A DNA stretch of 64,000 bases, taken from assembly GCA_902619925.1 (NCBI GenBank), contig CACNFY010000007.1:2294-66293 (forward strand). The letters run 5' to 3'. Source of the stretch: an uncultured Pelagibacteraceae bacterium (lineage in GTDB: Bacteria; Pseudomonadota; Alphaproteobacteria; Pelagibacterales; Pelagibacteraceae). Position numbers and translations under genes: made by a program. Shown in pieces: positions 1 to 11,015 of the stretch; within the stretch, counting starts at the first letter, position 1, and each line of letters opens with the position of its first letter. Below the pieces are notes generated by a model that saw only the letters and a program-made list of their open reading frames with translations, ran no database searches and was not told the origin of the DNA.

Positions 1-123
1 AAAGAAATACTCGGGCACATTAAAGAAATTTCAACCATTGATTTTGATCATAATGATGTTGTGAGACATCACCTAGTATCTAAGATCGTTAAAGCATATT
101 CAGATAAAAAAAATGATAAATGA
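1..123 (+). CDS. phoH: PhoH family protein, 3' fragment
   Basis: Frame 1 reads KEILGHIKEISTIDFDHNDVVRHHLVSKIVKAYSDKKNDK*. DVVRHxLV is the PhoH C-terminal motif, and the stop overlaps the ybeY start (ATGA) as in the usual phoH-ybeY pair. Confidence 0.85.
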   Translation, partial: KEILGHIKEISTIDFDHNDVVRHHLVSKIVKAYSDKKNDK

Positions 124-572
124 TAAGAGTAAACGTAATTATTGATAACCCAAAATGGAAAAAAAAATCTATCAATTTAAATAAATATATAAAAAAAAAC
201 ATTAGTATTCTGTCGAAAATACCTAAATTTAAAAAAAAAAATTATAATTTTTCAATTCTATTTACCGATAATAAAAAGATGAAAACACTTAACTATAAGT
301 TTAGAGGAAAAAATAAAAAAACCGATGTTTTATCATTTCCATTAAATAAAAAAAAAAAACCTAATCAAAACTATTTAGGTGATATAGCTATTAGTTATGA
401 ATTTGTTTACAATAGATCCAAGAAAACAAATTTATTTTTTGAAATTGATAAAATGTGGGTACATGGTTACTTACATTTATTAGGTTATGATCATAAGCTT
501 AGTAGTGAGTACAAATTAATGAATAATAGAGAAATAAAAATATTAAAATATTTTGATCACAAATTTGTTTAA
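120..572 (+). CDS. ybeY: rRNA maturation endoribonuclease YbeY
   Basis: TDVLSFP, LGDIAIS and HGYLHLLGYDH metal-binding motif. Confidence 0.95.
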   Translation: MIRVNVIIDNPKWKKKSINLNKYIKKNISILSKIPKFKKKNYNFSILFTDNKKMKTLNYKFRGKNKKTDVLSFPLNKKKKPNQNYLGDIAISYEFVYNRSKKTNLFFEIDKMWVHGYLHLLGYDHKLSSEYKLMNNREIKILKYFDHKFV

Positions 573-2085
573 TAAAAAACCTTCTTATTTGGTAATTATT
601 TTTTCTAGCATACTAGGATCTATAACCTCTTTAAGCCTTCCTCCAAATAATATAATTTTTTTCAATTTTTTTACATTTCCTCTAATATTTTTATTATTAG
701 AAAAAAATCAAACAGAAAAAAAAATTACATTCTTAATAGGTTGGTCCTTTGGGTTTGGTTATTTTGTTTCTAACCTTTATTGGATAACTAATTCGCTTAC
801 TTTCATTGAGGAATTTAAATTTCTTATTCCTATGGCAATTATTTTAATTCCTACAATCCTATCAATATTCTACGGAATTATTGCAATAGTAATATCATTT
901 TTAAAAATTGAGAGAAATCTTTCTTCGTTGTTACTTTTTGCTGCTATTTTTTCAATCTTTGAATATTTTAGGGGAATTTTATTCTCAGGATTTCCTTGGA
1001 ATTTACATGTTTTTAGCTTAACAGAATTTCTTCATCAAATACAAATTCTATCGATAATAGGAACATATAGTTTAAATTTATTATGTATTACATTTTTTTT
1101 ATTTCCACTAATTTTAAAATTTCAATCTAGTGCAAGATTAAAAATTTTAATTACAGTTTTATTTGGAATAATTGTTTGTAAGAATTTCGTTTATGGCAAA
1201 TTAAGAATAGATAGCTTTGAAAATATAATCGAAACAAAATTAAAAACAAAGTTTAAAATTATCTCTCCAAATATTAATCTAAAAAGATTTCTTGATAATG
1301 AGGATCCAATAATTCGAATTAGTGATGTCATAAAATTAAGTGGTCCTGAAAAAGATAATAATACAGTGTTTATATTTCCAGAAGGCATGTTGTCAGGATT
1401 TGATCTTGAAAACCTTAAAAATATTAATTTTATCTTTAAAGAAAATTTTTCTAAAAAACATAATTTAATTTTTGGAGTAAACTTAGTTGAAGACGAAAAT
1501 GTATTTAACACATTAATCGTTTTTGATAGTGACTTTAAACCTTTAGATATTTATAGAAAAAATAAACTTGTACCTTTTGGAGAATACTTACCATTAGAAA
1601 CTATATTGTCTAAACTTGGATTTAAAAAAATTACCCAAGGATATAAATCTTTCACAAACTCAAAAGAAAGAAAAATAATCAAAATAGGGGATTTATCTTT
1701 ACTACCTTTAATATGCTATGAAATAATTTATACAGGTTCGCTGAGAAAAAATAATAAAGATTATGATGTCATCGTTAATATTTCTGAGGATGGTTGGTTT
1801 GGCGATACTATAGGGCCGGAGCAACATTTTAAACACTCAATTTTTAGATCAATAGAAGAAGGTAAAAATCTTTTAAGATCATCTAATAATGGTATTTCTG
1901 CACATATAGATCCTACTGGTATAGTAGTAGAAAAAGTTGAATCAACCAAGAGTGGTGTAATTGAAATTAATAGTCTTAAATTCATCGAAAAAACAATTTT
2001 TTCTAAGTATGGTAATAAGATCTTCTTTTATTTTATCATTATATATATTACTTTAATCTTTTTCTTAAAAAAGAAAGGCCAATAA
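553..2085 (+). CDS. lnt: apolipoprotein N-acyltransferase
   Basis: Multi-TM N-terminus, [17 protein letters not shown] and ICYE nitrilase-fold motifs. Confidence 0.93.
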   Translation: MITNLFNKKPSYLVIIFSSILGSITSLSLPPNNIIFFNFFTFPLIFLLLEKNQTEKKITFLIGWSFGFGYFVSNLYWITNSLTFIEEFKFLIPMAIILIPTILSIFYGIIAIVISFLKIERNLSSLLLFAAIFSIFEYFRGILFSGFPWNLHVFSLTEFLHQIQILSIIGTYSLNLLCITFFLFPLILKFQSSARLKILITVLFGIIVCKNFVYGKLRIDSFENIIETKLKTKFKIISPNINLKRFLDNEDPIIRISDVIKLSGPEKDNNTVFIFPEGMLSGFDLENLKNINFIFKENFSKKHNLIFGVNLVEDENVFNTLIVFDSDFKPLDIYRKNKLVPFGEYLPLETILSKLGFKKITQGYKSFTNSKERKIIKIGDLSLLPLICYEIIYTGSLRKNNKDYDVIVNISEDGWFGDTIGPEQHFKHSIFRSIEEGKNLLRSSNNGISAHIDPTGIVVEKVESTKSGVIEINSLKFIEKTIFSKYGNKIFFYFIIIYITLIFFLKKKGQ

Positions 2086-2086
2086 A

Positions 2087-3250
2087 ATGAAGAAAAATTT
2101 CCTATTCACAAGTGAGTCTGTTTCCGAAGGTCACCCGGATAAAGTATGCGATAGAATTTCAGATATGGTGGTAGATACTTATTTGACAAACGAACCCCAA
2201 GCTAGAGTTGCTTGCGAAACTCTTACAACTACAAATAAAGTAGTTTTAGCAGGAGAAGTAAGAGGACCAGAAATTAAAAAAGATGAACTCATTAGCAAAG
2301 TACGAGCTTGTATAAAGGACATTGGTTATGACCAAGATGGATTTAGTTGGAGGGATGCTACTAAAATTGAAAGTCACTTACACTCACAATCTGCCGATAT
2401 TGCAATGGGTGTCGATTCCTCAGGAAACAAAGATGAGGGAGCCGGAGATCAAGGTATAATGTTTGGATATGCTTGCAATGAAACAGATGTGCTGATGCCT
2501 GCTCCGATACATTATTCACACAAAATTCTAAGATTAATGGCTGAAGATCGAAAGACAGGAAAATTGAAAAATATCGAACCGGATTCTAAAAGCCAAATTA
2601 CAATAGAATATAAAGATGGTAAACCAGCTGACGTAAAATCAGTTGTAATATCAACTCAACATTCAGCGGATGTTAGCCAGTCACAAGTAAGAGAGTTGGT
2701 TAAACCTTATATTGAGAGATCAATTCCAAAAAATTTATTATCTAACCTAGATGAAAAAGAAATATATGTTAATCCAACTGGAAATTTTGTTATAGGTGGA
2801 CCCGATGGTGATAGTGGTCTAACAGGAAGAAAGATAATAGTTGACACATATGGAGGAGCTGCTCCACATGGAGGTGGAGCCTTCTCAGGCAAAGACCCGA
2901 CCAAAGTAGATAGATCTGCTGCATATGCATCTAGATATTTAGCAAAAAATGTGGTTGCATCCGGGGTGGCAGATAAATGTCTAATCCAGTTAGCTTACGC
3001 TATAGGTGTATCAAAACCATTATCTATTTATGTAGATCTATTTGATAATGATGAGGAAAAAAATAGGCATGTAGAAAAACTTATTAACGAAAATTTTGAT
3101 TTAAGCCCTAGAGGAATAAGAGAGATGTTAGGACTTAATAAACCAATTTATGAAAAAACTTCAGCATACGGTCATTTCGGAAGAGACCCTGGATCTGATG
3201 GTTCATTTTCATGGGAAAAGACAGATAAATCAGGGATATTTAGTAAGTAA
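2087..3250 (+). CDS. metK: S-adenosylmethionine synthetase
   Basis: [35 protein letters not shown]. Confidence 0.98.
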   Translation: MKKNFLFTSESVSEGHPDKVCDRISDMVVDTYLTNEPQARVACETLTTTNKVVLAGEVRGPEIKKDELISKVRACIKDIGYDQDGFSWRDATKIESHLHSQSADIAMGVDSSGNKDEGAGDQGIMFGYACNETDVLMPAPIHYSHKILRLMAEDRKTGKLKNIEPDSKSQITIEYKDGKPADVKSVVISTQHSADVSQSQVRELVKPYIERSIPKNLLSNLDEKEIYVNPTGNFVIGGPDGDSGLTGRKIIVDTYGGAAPHGGGAFSGKDPTKVDRSAAYASRYLAKNVVASGVADKCLIQLAYAIGVSKPLSIYVDLFDNDEEKNRHVEKLINENFDLSPRGIREMLGLNKPIYEKTSAYGHFGRDPGSDGSFSWEKTDKSGIFSK

Positions 3251-3256
3251 ATATTG

Positions 3257-3284
3257 TTGAAAAACTAATAAAAATACCTATATT
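3257..3284 (+). promoter_or_regulatory. putative sigma70 promoter of the nusA operon
   Basis: TTGAAA(3257-3262)-N16-TATATT(3279-3284). Confidence 0.45.
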
Positions 3285-3305
3285 TCATAACATTGTTGAA
3301 ATTTC

Positions 3306-3332
3306 AAAATGGGCCTCGGCCCATTTTTTTTT
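3306..3332 (+). terminator. GC hairpin plus U-tract in the nusA leader (rimP-leader-like attenuator)
   Basis: AAAATGGGC-CTCG-GCCCATTTT running into a long T tract, 12 nt before the nusA ATG at 3345. Confidence 0.7.
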
Positions 3333-3344
3333 ACGCGATTTAAA

Positions 3345-4898
3345 ATGTTAAATAGAAGAGCTGATAAATTGGAACTATTGAGAATAGCTGAAGCTGTAGC
3401 TTTGGAAAAATCTATTGATAAGGAACTTATAATAAATTCAATGGAAAGCGGTATTGCTAAAGCTGCAAAATCAAAATTTGGAACAGAAAATGAGATAGAA
3501 GTTAAAATAAATAGAGAGAATGGTGACATAGGTATATACAGAAAACTTCTGATAGTAGAAAATCCAGTTAATACCAATTTGGAAATAACTTTAGAATTTG
3601 CAAAAAACTTAAGTCAGGATTTTAAAGATAAAAAATTAGGTGATGAGATTTTACAACCTCTACCATCTTTCGATTTTGGAAGAATAGCAGCACAAACAGC
3701 CAAACAAGTTATTACTTACAGTGTAAGAGAAGCAGAAAGAGAAAGACAATTTAACGATTTTAAAGATAAAAAAGATACTATTTTAAGTGGTATAGTTAAA
3801 AGATTAGAATTTGGAAATGTTATAGTAGATTTAGGTGGTACAGAGGCAATCATTCAAAAAAATGAATTAATTCCAAGAGAAAATATAAAAGCTGGAGACA
3901 GAATTAAAGCATATTGTTTAGATGTAAGAAGAGAACCTCGGGGGCAACAAATTTTCTTATCAAGAGCTCATAACAAATTTATGGAAAAACTTTTTATTCA
4001 GGAAGTTCCTGAAATCTACGATGGTCTCATAGAGATTAAATCTTCATCCAGAGATCCAGGCAGTAGAGCAAAAATTTGTGTAAAGGCTATTGATACCTCT
4101 TTAGATCCAGTTGGAGCTTGTGTTGGTATGAGAGGTAGCAGAGTCCAAGCTGTAGTAAATGAACTTCAAGGTGAAAAAATTGATATTGTTAACTGGTCAG
4201 AAGATCCAGCAATCATAGTGTCTAATGCTTTGTCACCAGCTGAAGTTCAAAGAGTTAATGTAGATAATCAAAATAAAAAACTAGATGTTATATTAACGGA
4301 AGAAAATTTGAGCAAAGCAATTGGAAGAAGAGGTCAAAATGTAAGACTTGCAACAAAGTTACTTAATTATGAAATTAATATAATGACTGACCAAGAGGAC
4401 TCGGAAAAAAGACAAAATGAATTTAAAGAAAAAACAGAAAACCTGATAAAAAATTTAGAACTAGATGAAACACTTGGACAATTATTAGTTGCCGAGGGTT
4501 TCTCTACAATTGATGAAATTAAAGACTCTAGTATTGAAGATCTTTCAAAAATAGAGGGTATTGAGCAAGATACTGCTAAAGAGTTAATAGAAAGAGCCAA
4601 TGAGTTTCATTTAAAAGATCAAGAGGAAATCTCGAAAAAAATAAAAGATCTAGGTTTAGATGCTGATCTTATCGGACACGAGGGATTAACACCTGGAATG
4701 CTAGTGACTTTAGGAGAACAAAAAATATTAACACTAACAGATTTTGCCGATTTGGCCTCTGATGAATTAACTGGTAGTTTTGATATGGTTAAAGGCGAAA
4801 GAGTTAAAATAAAGGGTTATTTAGAGGAATTTGCTCTATCTAAAAATGAGGCAGACAATTTGATAATGTCTGCTAGAAGCAAAGTTTACAAAGATTAG
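3345..4898 (+). CDS. nusA: transcription termination/antitermination factor NusA
   Basis: FGRIAAQTAKQ, S1 and KH domains (GACVGMRGSRV, AIGRRGQNVRLA), acidic repeats. Start moved from 3309 to the in-frame ATG at 3345 because 3309 lies inside the hairpin. Confidence 0.96.
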   Translation: MLNRRADKLELLRIAEAVALEKSIDKELIINSMESGIAKAAKSKFGTENEIEVKINRENGDIGIYRKLLIVENPVNTNLEITLEFAKNLSQDFKDKKLGDEILQPLPSFDFGRIAAQTAKQVITYSVREAERERQFNDFKDKKDTILSGIVKRLEFGNVIVDLGGTEAIIQKNELIPRENIKAGDRIKAYCLDVRREPRGQQIFLSRAHNKFMEKLFIQEVPEIYDGLIEIKSSSRDPGSRAKICVKAIDTSLDPVGACVGMRGSRVQAVVNELQGEKIDIVNWSEDPAIIVSNALSPAEVQRVNVDNQNKKLDVILTEENLSKAIGRRGQNVRLATKLLNYEINIMTDQEDSEKRQNEFKEKTENLIKNLELDETLGQLLVAEGFSTIDEIKDSSIEDLSKIEGIEQDTAKELIERANEFHLKDQEEISKKIKDLGLDADLIGHEGLTPGMLVTLGEQKILTLTDFADLASDELTGSFDMVKGERVKIKGYLEEFALSKNEADNLIMSARSKVYKD

Positions 4899-4908
4899 GA
4901 TATGTTTA

Positions 4909-7122
4909 ATGGAAAAAAAGAGACTAAAGTTATCAATCACAGGAAATACAAAAAGAACACTTAGCAGTATAGAGCAAGCAAAGTCAAAATCAAAAAATTC
5001 TGTTATAATTGAAAAGAAATCCGGAAGAATAAATAGGAAACAGCCAAATTCACGATTTAATAAACCTTTTAATTCAGGAAGATCTATAGTCTCAACTGAG
5101 AAAAGTAATGTACCAAAAGAAATTAACCTTGGAAAGTCAGATTACGAAAAAAGAAAACTTGCTGAACAGAGAGCAACAAGACGATTAAAAGACGAATTGC
5201 TACTTAAAGATACTAAATCAAAACACAGTACAAAAAAAAGAGAGCTTAAACTTACTTTATCTAGGGCTCTTAGCGAAGAGGACATAGGCTCAAGAGCAAG
5301 AAGTCTTGCCTCATTAAGACGAGCAAAAATGAAGGAGAATAGGGAGTTAGAAAAGCTAACTTATAAAGATGAAATAAAACCGGTCAAAAGAGACGTTAAT
5401 ATACCAAAAACAATTACCATTAGAGAACTAGCCAACAGAATGGCGGAGCAATCTAGTAATATTATAAAACATTTAATGGGAATTGGTTTAACAGTAACCA
5501 TTAACCATACTATTGACGAAGATACAGCAGAATATTTAGTAAAAGAATTTGGGCATAATCCACTAAAAGAAAAAAAAGTTGAAGAGATAATTGGAAAAAC
5601 AAACGAAAGTTCAACTGAAAACCTTAAAAATAGACCTCCTATTGTAACTGTTATGGGTCACGTTGATCACGGCAAAACTTCAGTACTTGATGTATTAAGA
5701 AAAACTAATGTCATAAGTAGTGAGTTTGGAGGAATAACACAGCATATTGGCGCTTACCAAATAGATTATAAAGATAAAAAAATTACTTTTATTGATACGC
5801 CAGGGCACGCTGCCTTTACAGAAATGCGAGCAAGAGGATCAAAATTAACAGACATTGTTATATTAGTTGTAGCAGCGGACGATGGGGTAAAACCTCAAAC
5901 TATAGAGTCTATAAAACATGCTAAAGCCGCAAATGTTCCAATAGTAGTAGCGATTAATAAATGTGATCTTCCTGAGGCAGACCCCCAAAAAGTTAAAAAT
6001 CAACTACTAGAATTCGAATTAATTTCTGAAGAAATGTCAGGGGATACATTGATGGTAGAAATTTCCACAAAAAAAAATGTAAATATCGATAAATTAATTG
6101 AAGCCGTACAGCTTCAATCAGACATACTAGATCTTAAAACTGATTTTGAAAATAATGCAAAAGGGGTTGTACTAGAGTCTAAAATTGACATCGGTAGAGG
6201 TCCAATAGTAAATATTATTGTAACATCGGGAAATCTTAATAAAGGAGATTTTTTTGTTAGTGGTACTAAATGGGGAAAAGTTAGAGCTATTATTAATGAT
6301 CAAGGTAAAAATATTGATAGTTGCGATCCCTCGGCTCCAGTTGAGATTTTAGGAATTAATGGACCATCAAAGTCAGGAGATGATTTTTTAGTCTTAAAAA
6401 ATGAAAAAGAGGCTAAGCTACTATGTGAGCAAAGAATACAAGAGGTTAAAGAAGGAAAAAGTCCTATAAATTTGATTAATCAAGATTTCACCTTTAAAGA
6501 TAAAGCTACCGAAGAATTAAACATCATAATTAAAACTGATGTTCATGGATCTTCTGAGGCAATTAAGGGTGCTATTTCTTTGATAAAACATGAAGAGGTA
6601 AAACCGAAAATAATTTTGTCAGATGTTGGAATGATTACCGAGACAGATGTCTCACTGGCAAAAGCCTCAAATGCTATTTTAATAGCTTTCAATGTTAAGC
6701 CGACAAAAGAAGCTAAAAAACTTGCTGAACAGGAAAAGATAAATATTTCAAATTATAATATAATCTATGAGGTGTTAGACTTTGTTAAGAAAAAAATGTC
6801 AGGATTGTTATCACCAAACATTGAGGAAGACATTGTTGGTTCTGCAGAAATATTGGAAATATTTAAAGTTTCAAAAGTTGGAAAAGTTGCAGGTTCAAAA
6901 GTAATAGATGGTGAAATTTCTCAGAATTCAAATGCAAGAGTTATCAGAGATGGAGCAATTGTATTTAACGGTAAAATAAGTTCTATTTTTAGAGAAAAAA
7001 ATCAAACTAAACAAGTCTCTGCTGGATTAGAGTGTGGTATAACACTAAAAGACTTTAGCGACTTCCAAATTAAAGACATTATAGAGGTTTATAACTCAAA
7101 AGTTCTAGAAAGGTCCATATAA
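4909..7122 (+). CDS. infB: translation initiation factor IF-2
   Basis: [13 protein letters not shown] and NKCD GTPase motifs, IF2 C-terminal domain. Confidence 0.98.
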   Translation: MEKKRLKLSITGNTKRTLSSIEQAKSKSKNSVIIEKKSGRINRKQPNSRFNKPFNSGRSIVSTEKSNVPKEINLGKSDYEKRKLAEQRATRRLKDELLLKDTKSKHSTKKRELKLTLSRALSEEDIGSRARSLASLRRAKMKENRELEKLTYKDEIKPVKRDVNIPKTITIRELANRMAEQSSNIIKHLMGIGLTVTINHTIDEDTAEYLVKEFGHNPLKEKKVEEIIGKTNESSTENLKNRPPIVTVMGHVDHGKTSVLDVLRKTNVISSEFGGITQHIGAYQIDYKDKKITFIDTPGHAAFTEMRARGSKLTDIVILVVAADDGVKPQTIESIKHAKAANVPIVVAINKCDLPEADPQKVKNQLLEFELISEEMSGDTLMVEISTKKNVNIDKLIEAVQLQSDILDLKTDFENNAKGVVLESKIDIGRGPIVNIIVTSGNLNKGDFFVSGTKWGKVRAIINDQGKNIDSCDPSAPVEILGINGPSKSGDDFLVLKNEKEAKLLCEQRIQEVKEGKSPINLINQDFTFKDKATEELNIIIKTDVHGSSEAIKGAISLIKHEEVKPKIILSDVGMITETDVSLAKASNAILIAFNVKPTKEAKKLAEQEKINISNYNIIYEVLDFVKKKMSGLLSPNIEEDIVGSAEILEIFKVSKVGKVAGSKVIDGEISQNSNARVIRDGAIVFNGKISSIFREKNQTKQVSAGLECGITLKDFSDFQIKDIIEVYNSKVLERSI

Positions 7123-7123
7123 G

Positions 7124-7486
7124 ATGAAGTTAAGCAAACCTTTATCACAAAGACAATTAAGGGTAGGTGAAATGATAAAACAAGCTCTAAGTATGATATT
7201 TATTAAAGATGAGGCTAAAATACCAAATCTTGATACAAAAGAAATAACCGTAACTGAGGTTAGAATGAGCCCTGATTTAAAAACAGCCAAAGCTTTTGTT
7301 TTACCTCTAGGGGGTAAAAATGCAACGGATGTTATAGAAACTCTAAAGAGTTTTTCTTTTGTTGTAAGAAAGGTATTGTCGAAAAAAATTACGATGAAAT
7401 TCTTACCAAAAATACTATTTGTAAAAGACGAGTCTTTCGACTACGCAGAAAAAATAGAAAATTTGATTAAACAAACAAATAAATGA
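7124..7486 (+). CDS. rbfA: ribosome-binding factor A
   Basis: [20 protein letters not shown]; follows infB. Confidence 0.95.
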   Translation: MKLSKPLSQRQLRVGEMIKQALSMIFIKDEAKIPNLDTKEITVTEVRMSPDLKTAKAFVLPLGGKNATDVIETLKSFSFVVRKVLSKKITMKFLPKILFVKDESFDYAEKIENLIKQTNK

Positions 7487-7496
7487 AAAGGGAAAT

Positions 7497-7745
7497 ATGA
7501 AAGATAAAATCAAAAATATTGCTAATCATGAAAAAGATACTGGTTCCTCAGAAGTTCAGATAGCGTTACTTACTGATAAAATTTTAAATTTGTCAGGACA
7601 TATTAATAAGAATAAAAAAGATAAACATTCATCAGTTGGTTTACTTAGAGCTGTAAATAAGAGAAAGAAATTATTAGAGTATTTAAAGAAAAATAAAATT
7701 GAGTCTTATAAAAAACTAATATCAGAATTAAATTTAAGAAAATAA
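7497..7745 (+). CDS. rpsO: 30S ribosomal protein S15
   Basis: [21 protein letters not shown]. Confidence 0.96.
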   Translation: MKDKIKNIANHEKDTGSSEVQIALLTDKILNLSGHINKNKKDKHSSVGLLRAVNKRKKLLEYLKKNKIESYKKLISELNLRK

Positions 7746-7768
7746 AAATATAAAGGGAAATAGAATAA

Positions 7769-9841
7769 ATGTTTAAAATATATAAAAAAGAAATAGAGAT
7801 TGCTGGAAAAAAAATTATTTTAGAGACAGGTAAAATAGCTAGACAAGCAGATGGAGCGATAATTGCCACTTGTGGAGAAACAGTTGTGCTGGCAACTGCG
7901 GTTGGTGCTAAAAAAATTAATCCCGATGTAGATTATTTTCCACTTTCAGTAAATTACCAAGAAAAGTATTATGCAGCTGGAAAAATTCCTGGAGGATATT
8001 TTAAAAGAGAAGCAAGACCAACTGACAACGAGACATTAATTTCAAGATTAATTGATAGACCAATTAGACCATTATTTCCTGAAGAGTTTAAAAATGAAGT
8101 TCAAGTTCTACCAACAGTTATCTCTTACGATAAAGAGAATGAGTCTGATATTTTATCGATAATTGCATCTTCTGCAGCGCTTGCAATATCTGGAATGCCT
8201 TTTCTAGGACCAGTTGGAGCGTCTAGAGTGGGGTACATTAAAGGTAAATATGTTCTTAATCCATCAAAAGAGGAACTAAAAAATTCAAAATTAGATCTTG
8301 TAGTTGCTGGAACTAAGGATGCAGTTTTAATGGTTGAGTCAGAGGCGAGCGGTTTATCAGAGGAAGAAATGTTAAATGCTGTAAAATTTGGTCACGAGGG
8401 TTTTGTACCCATTATAGCGATGATAGAAGAACTTGCTAAAGAGTGTAAAAAGCCTGATTGGATAGTAGAAAAAAAAGATCTATCTGAAGTTAAGAGAAAG
8501 CTTGAAAAAGAGTTTACTAATGATTTAAAGAAAGCCTTTTCTACTAGGGACAAACAGGAAAGATCTAATATGATTTCTGAAATCACAGATAAATCAAAAA
8601 AAATCTTTGAGGATGACGAAAATTATACAGATTTAGATGTAAATTCACAGCTGAAAAATTTAGAAAAAAATATAGTTAGATCTGATATTCTAAAAAATAA
8701 AAACAGAATTGATGGAAGAGGACTTGCTGATGTGAGACCAATAAAATGTGAGGTAGGTGTCCTTCCAAGAGTACACGGATCAGCACTTTTTACAAGAGGA
8801 GAAACTCAAGCTATTGTGACAACTACTCTAGGAACATCTGATGATGAACAAAAAATTGAAAGCTTAGATGGATTACAAAAAGAAAGATTTATGCTTCATT
8901 ACAATTTCCCCCCGTTTTCAGTTGGTGAAACAGGTAGAATTGGGACTGGAAGAAGAGAGATAGGTCACGGTAAACTTGCTTGGAGAGCGATAAATTCCTC
9001 TTTACCTCCTAAAGAAACATTTCCTTATACATTTAGAATAGTATCCGAAATAACAGAGTCTAACGGATCTTCATCTATGGCTACTGTATGTGGTTCGTCA
9101 CTTGCATTGATGGACGCTGGAGTGCCTATTAAAGAACCTGTTGCAGGAATAGCAATGGGTTTAATTAAAGAAGGTGATGAATTTAGTGTATTATCGGATA
9201 TCTTGGGTGATGAAGATCATCTTGGTGATATGGATTTTAAAGTTGCCGGAACAAAAGATGGTATAACATCCCTTCAAATGGACATTAAAATAACAGGAAT
9301 AACTTTCGAGATAATGGAACAAGCATTGAAACAAGCTAAAGATGGAAGAATTCATATTCTTGGAGAAATGAATAAAGCTTTGTCTAAATCTAGAGATGAT
9401 GTAGGAAAACATACACCAAAAATGGAAAAAATAACTGTTGATAAGAAAGATATAGCAACGGTTATAGGCAAAGGAGGAGCAACTATAAGAGAAATAGTTG
9501 AAAAATCTGGAGCTAAAGTTGATGTTAATGACGAGGGAGTGGTTACAGTAGCTGCACCTGATGAAGACTCAAGGAATAAAGCAATGCAGATGATTAAAGA
9601 TTTAACAGCAAAGGCAGAATTGAATAAAATTTACAATGGTAAAGTTATGAAGATTATGGAGTTTGGAGCATTCGTAAACTTTTTAGGGAAACAGGACGGT
9701 CTAGTCCATATTTCAGAGCTTGCAGATAAAAGAGTTGCCAAAGTAACAGATGTTGTCAAAGAAGGTGATGAAGTTAAAGTTAAAGTCATAGGATTTGATA
9801 GAGGAAAAGTAAAACTTTCAATTAAACAAGCTGCCATATAG
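7769..9841 (+). CDS. pnp: polyribonucleotide nucleotidyltransferase (PNPase)
   Basis: [35 protein letters not shown] and S1 domains. Confidence 0.98.
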   Translation: MFKIYKKEIEIAGKKIILETGKIARQADGAIIATCGETVVLATAVGAKKINPDVDYFPLSVNYQEKYYAAGKIPGGYFKREARPTDNETLISRLIDRPIRPLFPEEFKNEVQVLPTVISYDKENESDILSIIASSAALAISGMPFLGPVGASRVGYIKGKYVLNPSKEELKNSKLDLVVAGTKDAVLMVESEASGLSEEEMLNAVKFGHEGFVPIIAMIEELAKECKKPDWIVEKKDLSEVKRKLEKEFTNDLKKAFSTRDKQERSNMISEITDKSKKIFEDDENYTDLDVNSQLKNLEKNIVRSDILKNKNRIDGRGLADVRPIKCEVGVLPRVHGSALFTRGETQAIVTTTLGTSDDEQKIESLDGLQKERFMLHYNFPPFSVGETGRIGTGRREIGHGKLAWRAINSSLPPKETFPYTFRIVSEITESNGSSSMATVCGSSLALMDAGVPIKEPVAGIAMGLIKEGDEFSVLSDILGDEDHLGDMDFKVAGTKDGITSLQMDIKITGITFEIMEQALKQAKDGRIHILGEMNKALSKSRDDVGKHTPKMEKITVDKKDIATVIGKGGATIREIVEKSGAKVDVNDEGVVTVAAPDEDSRNKAMQMIKDLTAKAELNKIYNGKVMKIMEFGAFVNFLGKQDGLVHISELADKRVAKVTDVVKEGDEVKVKVIGFDRGKVKLSIKQAAI

Positions 9842-9849
9842 AAAATAAC

Positions 9850-10074
9850 GTGCAAAATCAGGAAATTATAAAAATTATTGAAAATTTAAAAGGTAGAAAA
9901 AACTATGAACAAAAAAAAGCAGCTAAATTGGGTTTTCCATCTCTTTACAAATATTTCGAATATAAAATTTTAAAAGAAAGAGAAGCAAAAGAACCAAAAA
10001 TTGAGGTATTTGAAGAGAATGTAGAACCTCAAAATACAGAAAAAAAAAAGAAGAAAAAATGCACTTGTTGCTAA
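9850..10074 (+). CDS. hypothetical 74-aa protein with C-terminal KKKKKKCTCC
   Basis: ORF with GTG start 8 nt after the pnp stop, filling the spacer; no family recognised. Confidence 0.6.
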   Translation: MQNQEIIKIIENLKGRKNYEQKKAAKLGFPSLYKYFEYKILKEREAKEPKIEVFEENVEPQNTEKKKKKKCTCC

Positions 10075-10107
10075 AGTAAGATTTTATTATCCAAGTATCT
10101 TTTAGTT

Positions 10108-10224
10108 TTAACTAAATTTTATTTTTTTTTTCTTTTTTAGGCGTCTTTTTTCTTTAAGAGAAAGTTTCGATTTTTTCATTACACTTGAGTCTTTAAATGA
10201 TTTTCCACTATATCTTTTAGACAT
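10108..10224 (-). CDS. small basic protein, 38 aa (MSKRYSGKSFKDSSVMKKSKLSLKEKRRLKKKKKIKFS)
   Basis: Translated by hand. ATG lies 2 nt after the fabI stop and the ORF fills an otherwise empty spacer. Confidence 0.5.
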   Translation of the reverse strand: MSKRYSGKSFKDSSVMKKSKLSLKEKRRLKKKKKIKFS

Positions 10225-10226
10225 TC

Positions 10227-11012
10227 TTAAGTAATATTCTTAGGATCTGGCATCCCAACTTTATTATAACCAGCGTCTACATAATGAATTTCACCCGTTA
10301 CACCACCAGCCATATCACTTAATAAATATAATGCTGAATTTCCAACGTCTATGTTATCAACGTTTCTCCTCAGAAATGAGTGATCCGCATTCCACTTATA
10401 TAAAAATTTAGCATCTCCGATTGCTGAAGCTGCAAGGGTTTTTATTGGTCCAGCACTAATTGCATTTACTCTTATTCCTTTTGATCCTAAATCTCTAGCT
10501 AAATATTTAACACTTGCTTCCAAAGCAGCCTTACAAACACCCATTACATTGTAGTTAGGAATCGCTTTACTCGCTTCGTAACTTAGTGTTACCATACTTC
10601 CATTTTCTCTCATTACTTTAGATGCTTCTTTAGCGACTTCGGTAAATGAAAAACAGGAAATTAACATGCTTCTTAAAAAATTTTCACGTGAAGTATTTAA
10701 ATATTCTCCTGATAATTCTGATTTATCTGAGAACGCTATTGCATGAACTACAAAATCAATTTCCCCCCATTCAGATTTTAAATCTTCAAATAATTTTATT
10801 ACTTCCTCTTTCTTTTCAACATCACAGCTAAAAGTCACTTTTGAATTTAACTTTTCAGCTAAAGGAATAACTCTTTTTTTTAAAGCATCTCCAAGATAAG
10901 TAAATGCTAACTCAGCCCCAGCCTCTGAAAGTTTTTGTGCAATCCCCCAAGCTATTGATCTCTCATTAGCAACGCCCATGATAAGACCTTTTTTTCCTTT
11001 CATTAAACTCAT
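10227..11012 (-). CDS. fabI: enoyl-ACP reductase
   Basis: GVANERSIAWGIA, YNVMGVCKAALE, NAISAGPIKTLA. Confidence 0.96.
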   Translation of the reverse strand: MSLMKGKKGLIMGVANERSIAWGIAQKLSEAGAELAFTYLGDALKKRVIPLAEKLNSKVTFSCDVEKKEEVIKLFEDLKSEWGEIDFVVHAIAFSDKSELSGEYLNTSRENFLRSMLISCFSFTEVAKEASKVMRENGSMVTLSYEASKAIPNYNVMGVCKAALEASVKYLARDLGSKGIRVNAISAGPIKTLAASAIGDAKFLYKWNADHSFLRRNVDNIDVGNSALYLLSDMAGGVTGEIHYVDAGYNKVGMPDPKNIT

Positions 11013-11015
11013 AAA

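Noticed and set aside
3309-3344. 12-aa N-terminal extension of NusA in the ORF track
   Set aside because: The ATG is part of the leader hairpin; the protein-like sequence starts at 3345
10205-10220. CACTATATCTTTT, resembling an NrdR box
   Set aside because: Lacks the conserved right-arm G and lies inside a probable small ORF rather than a promoter
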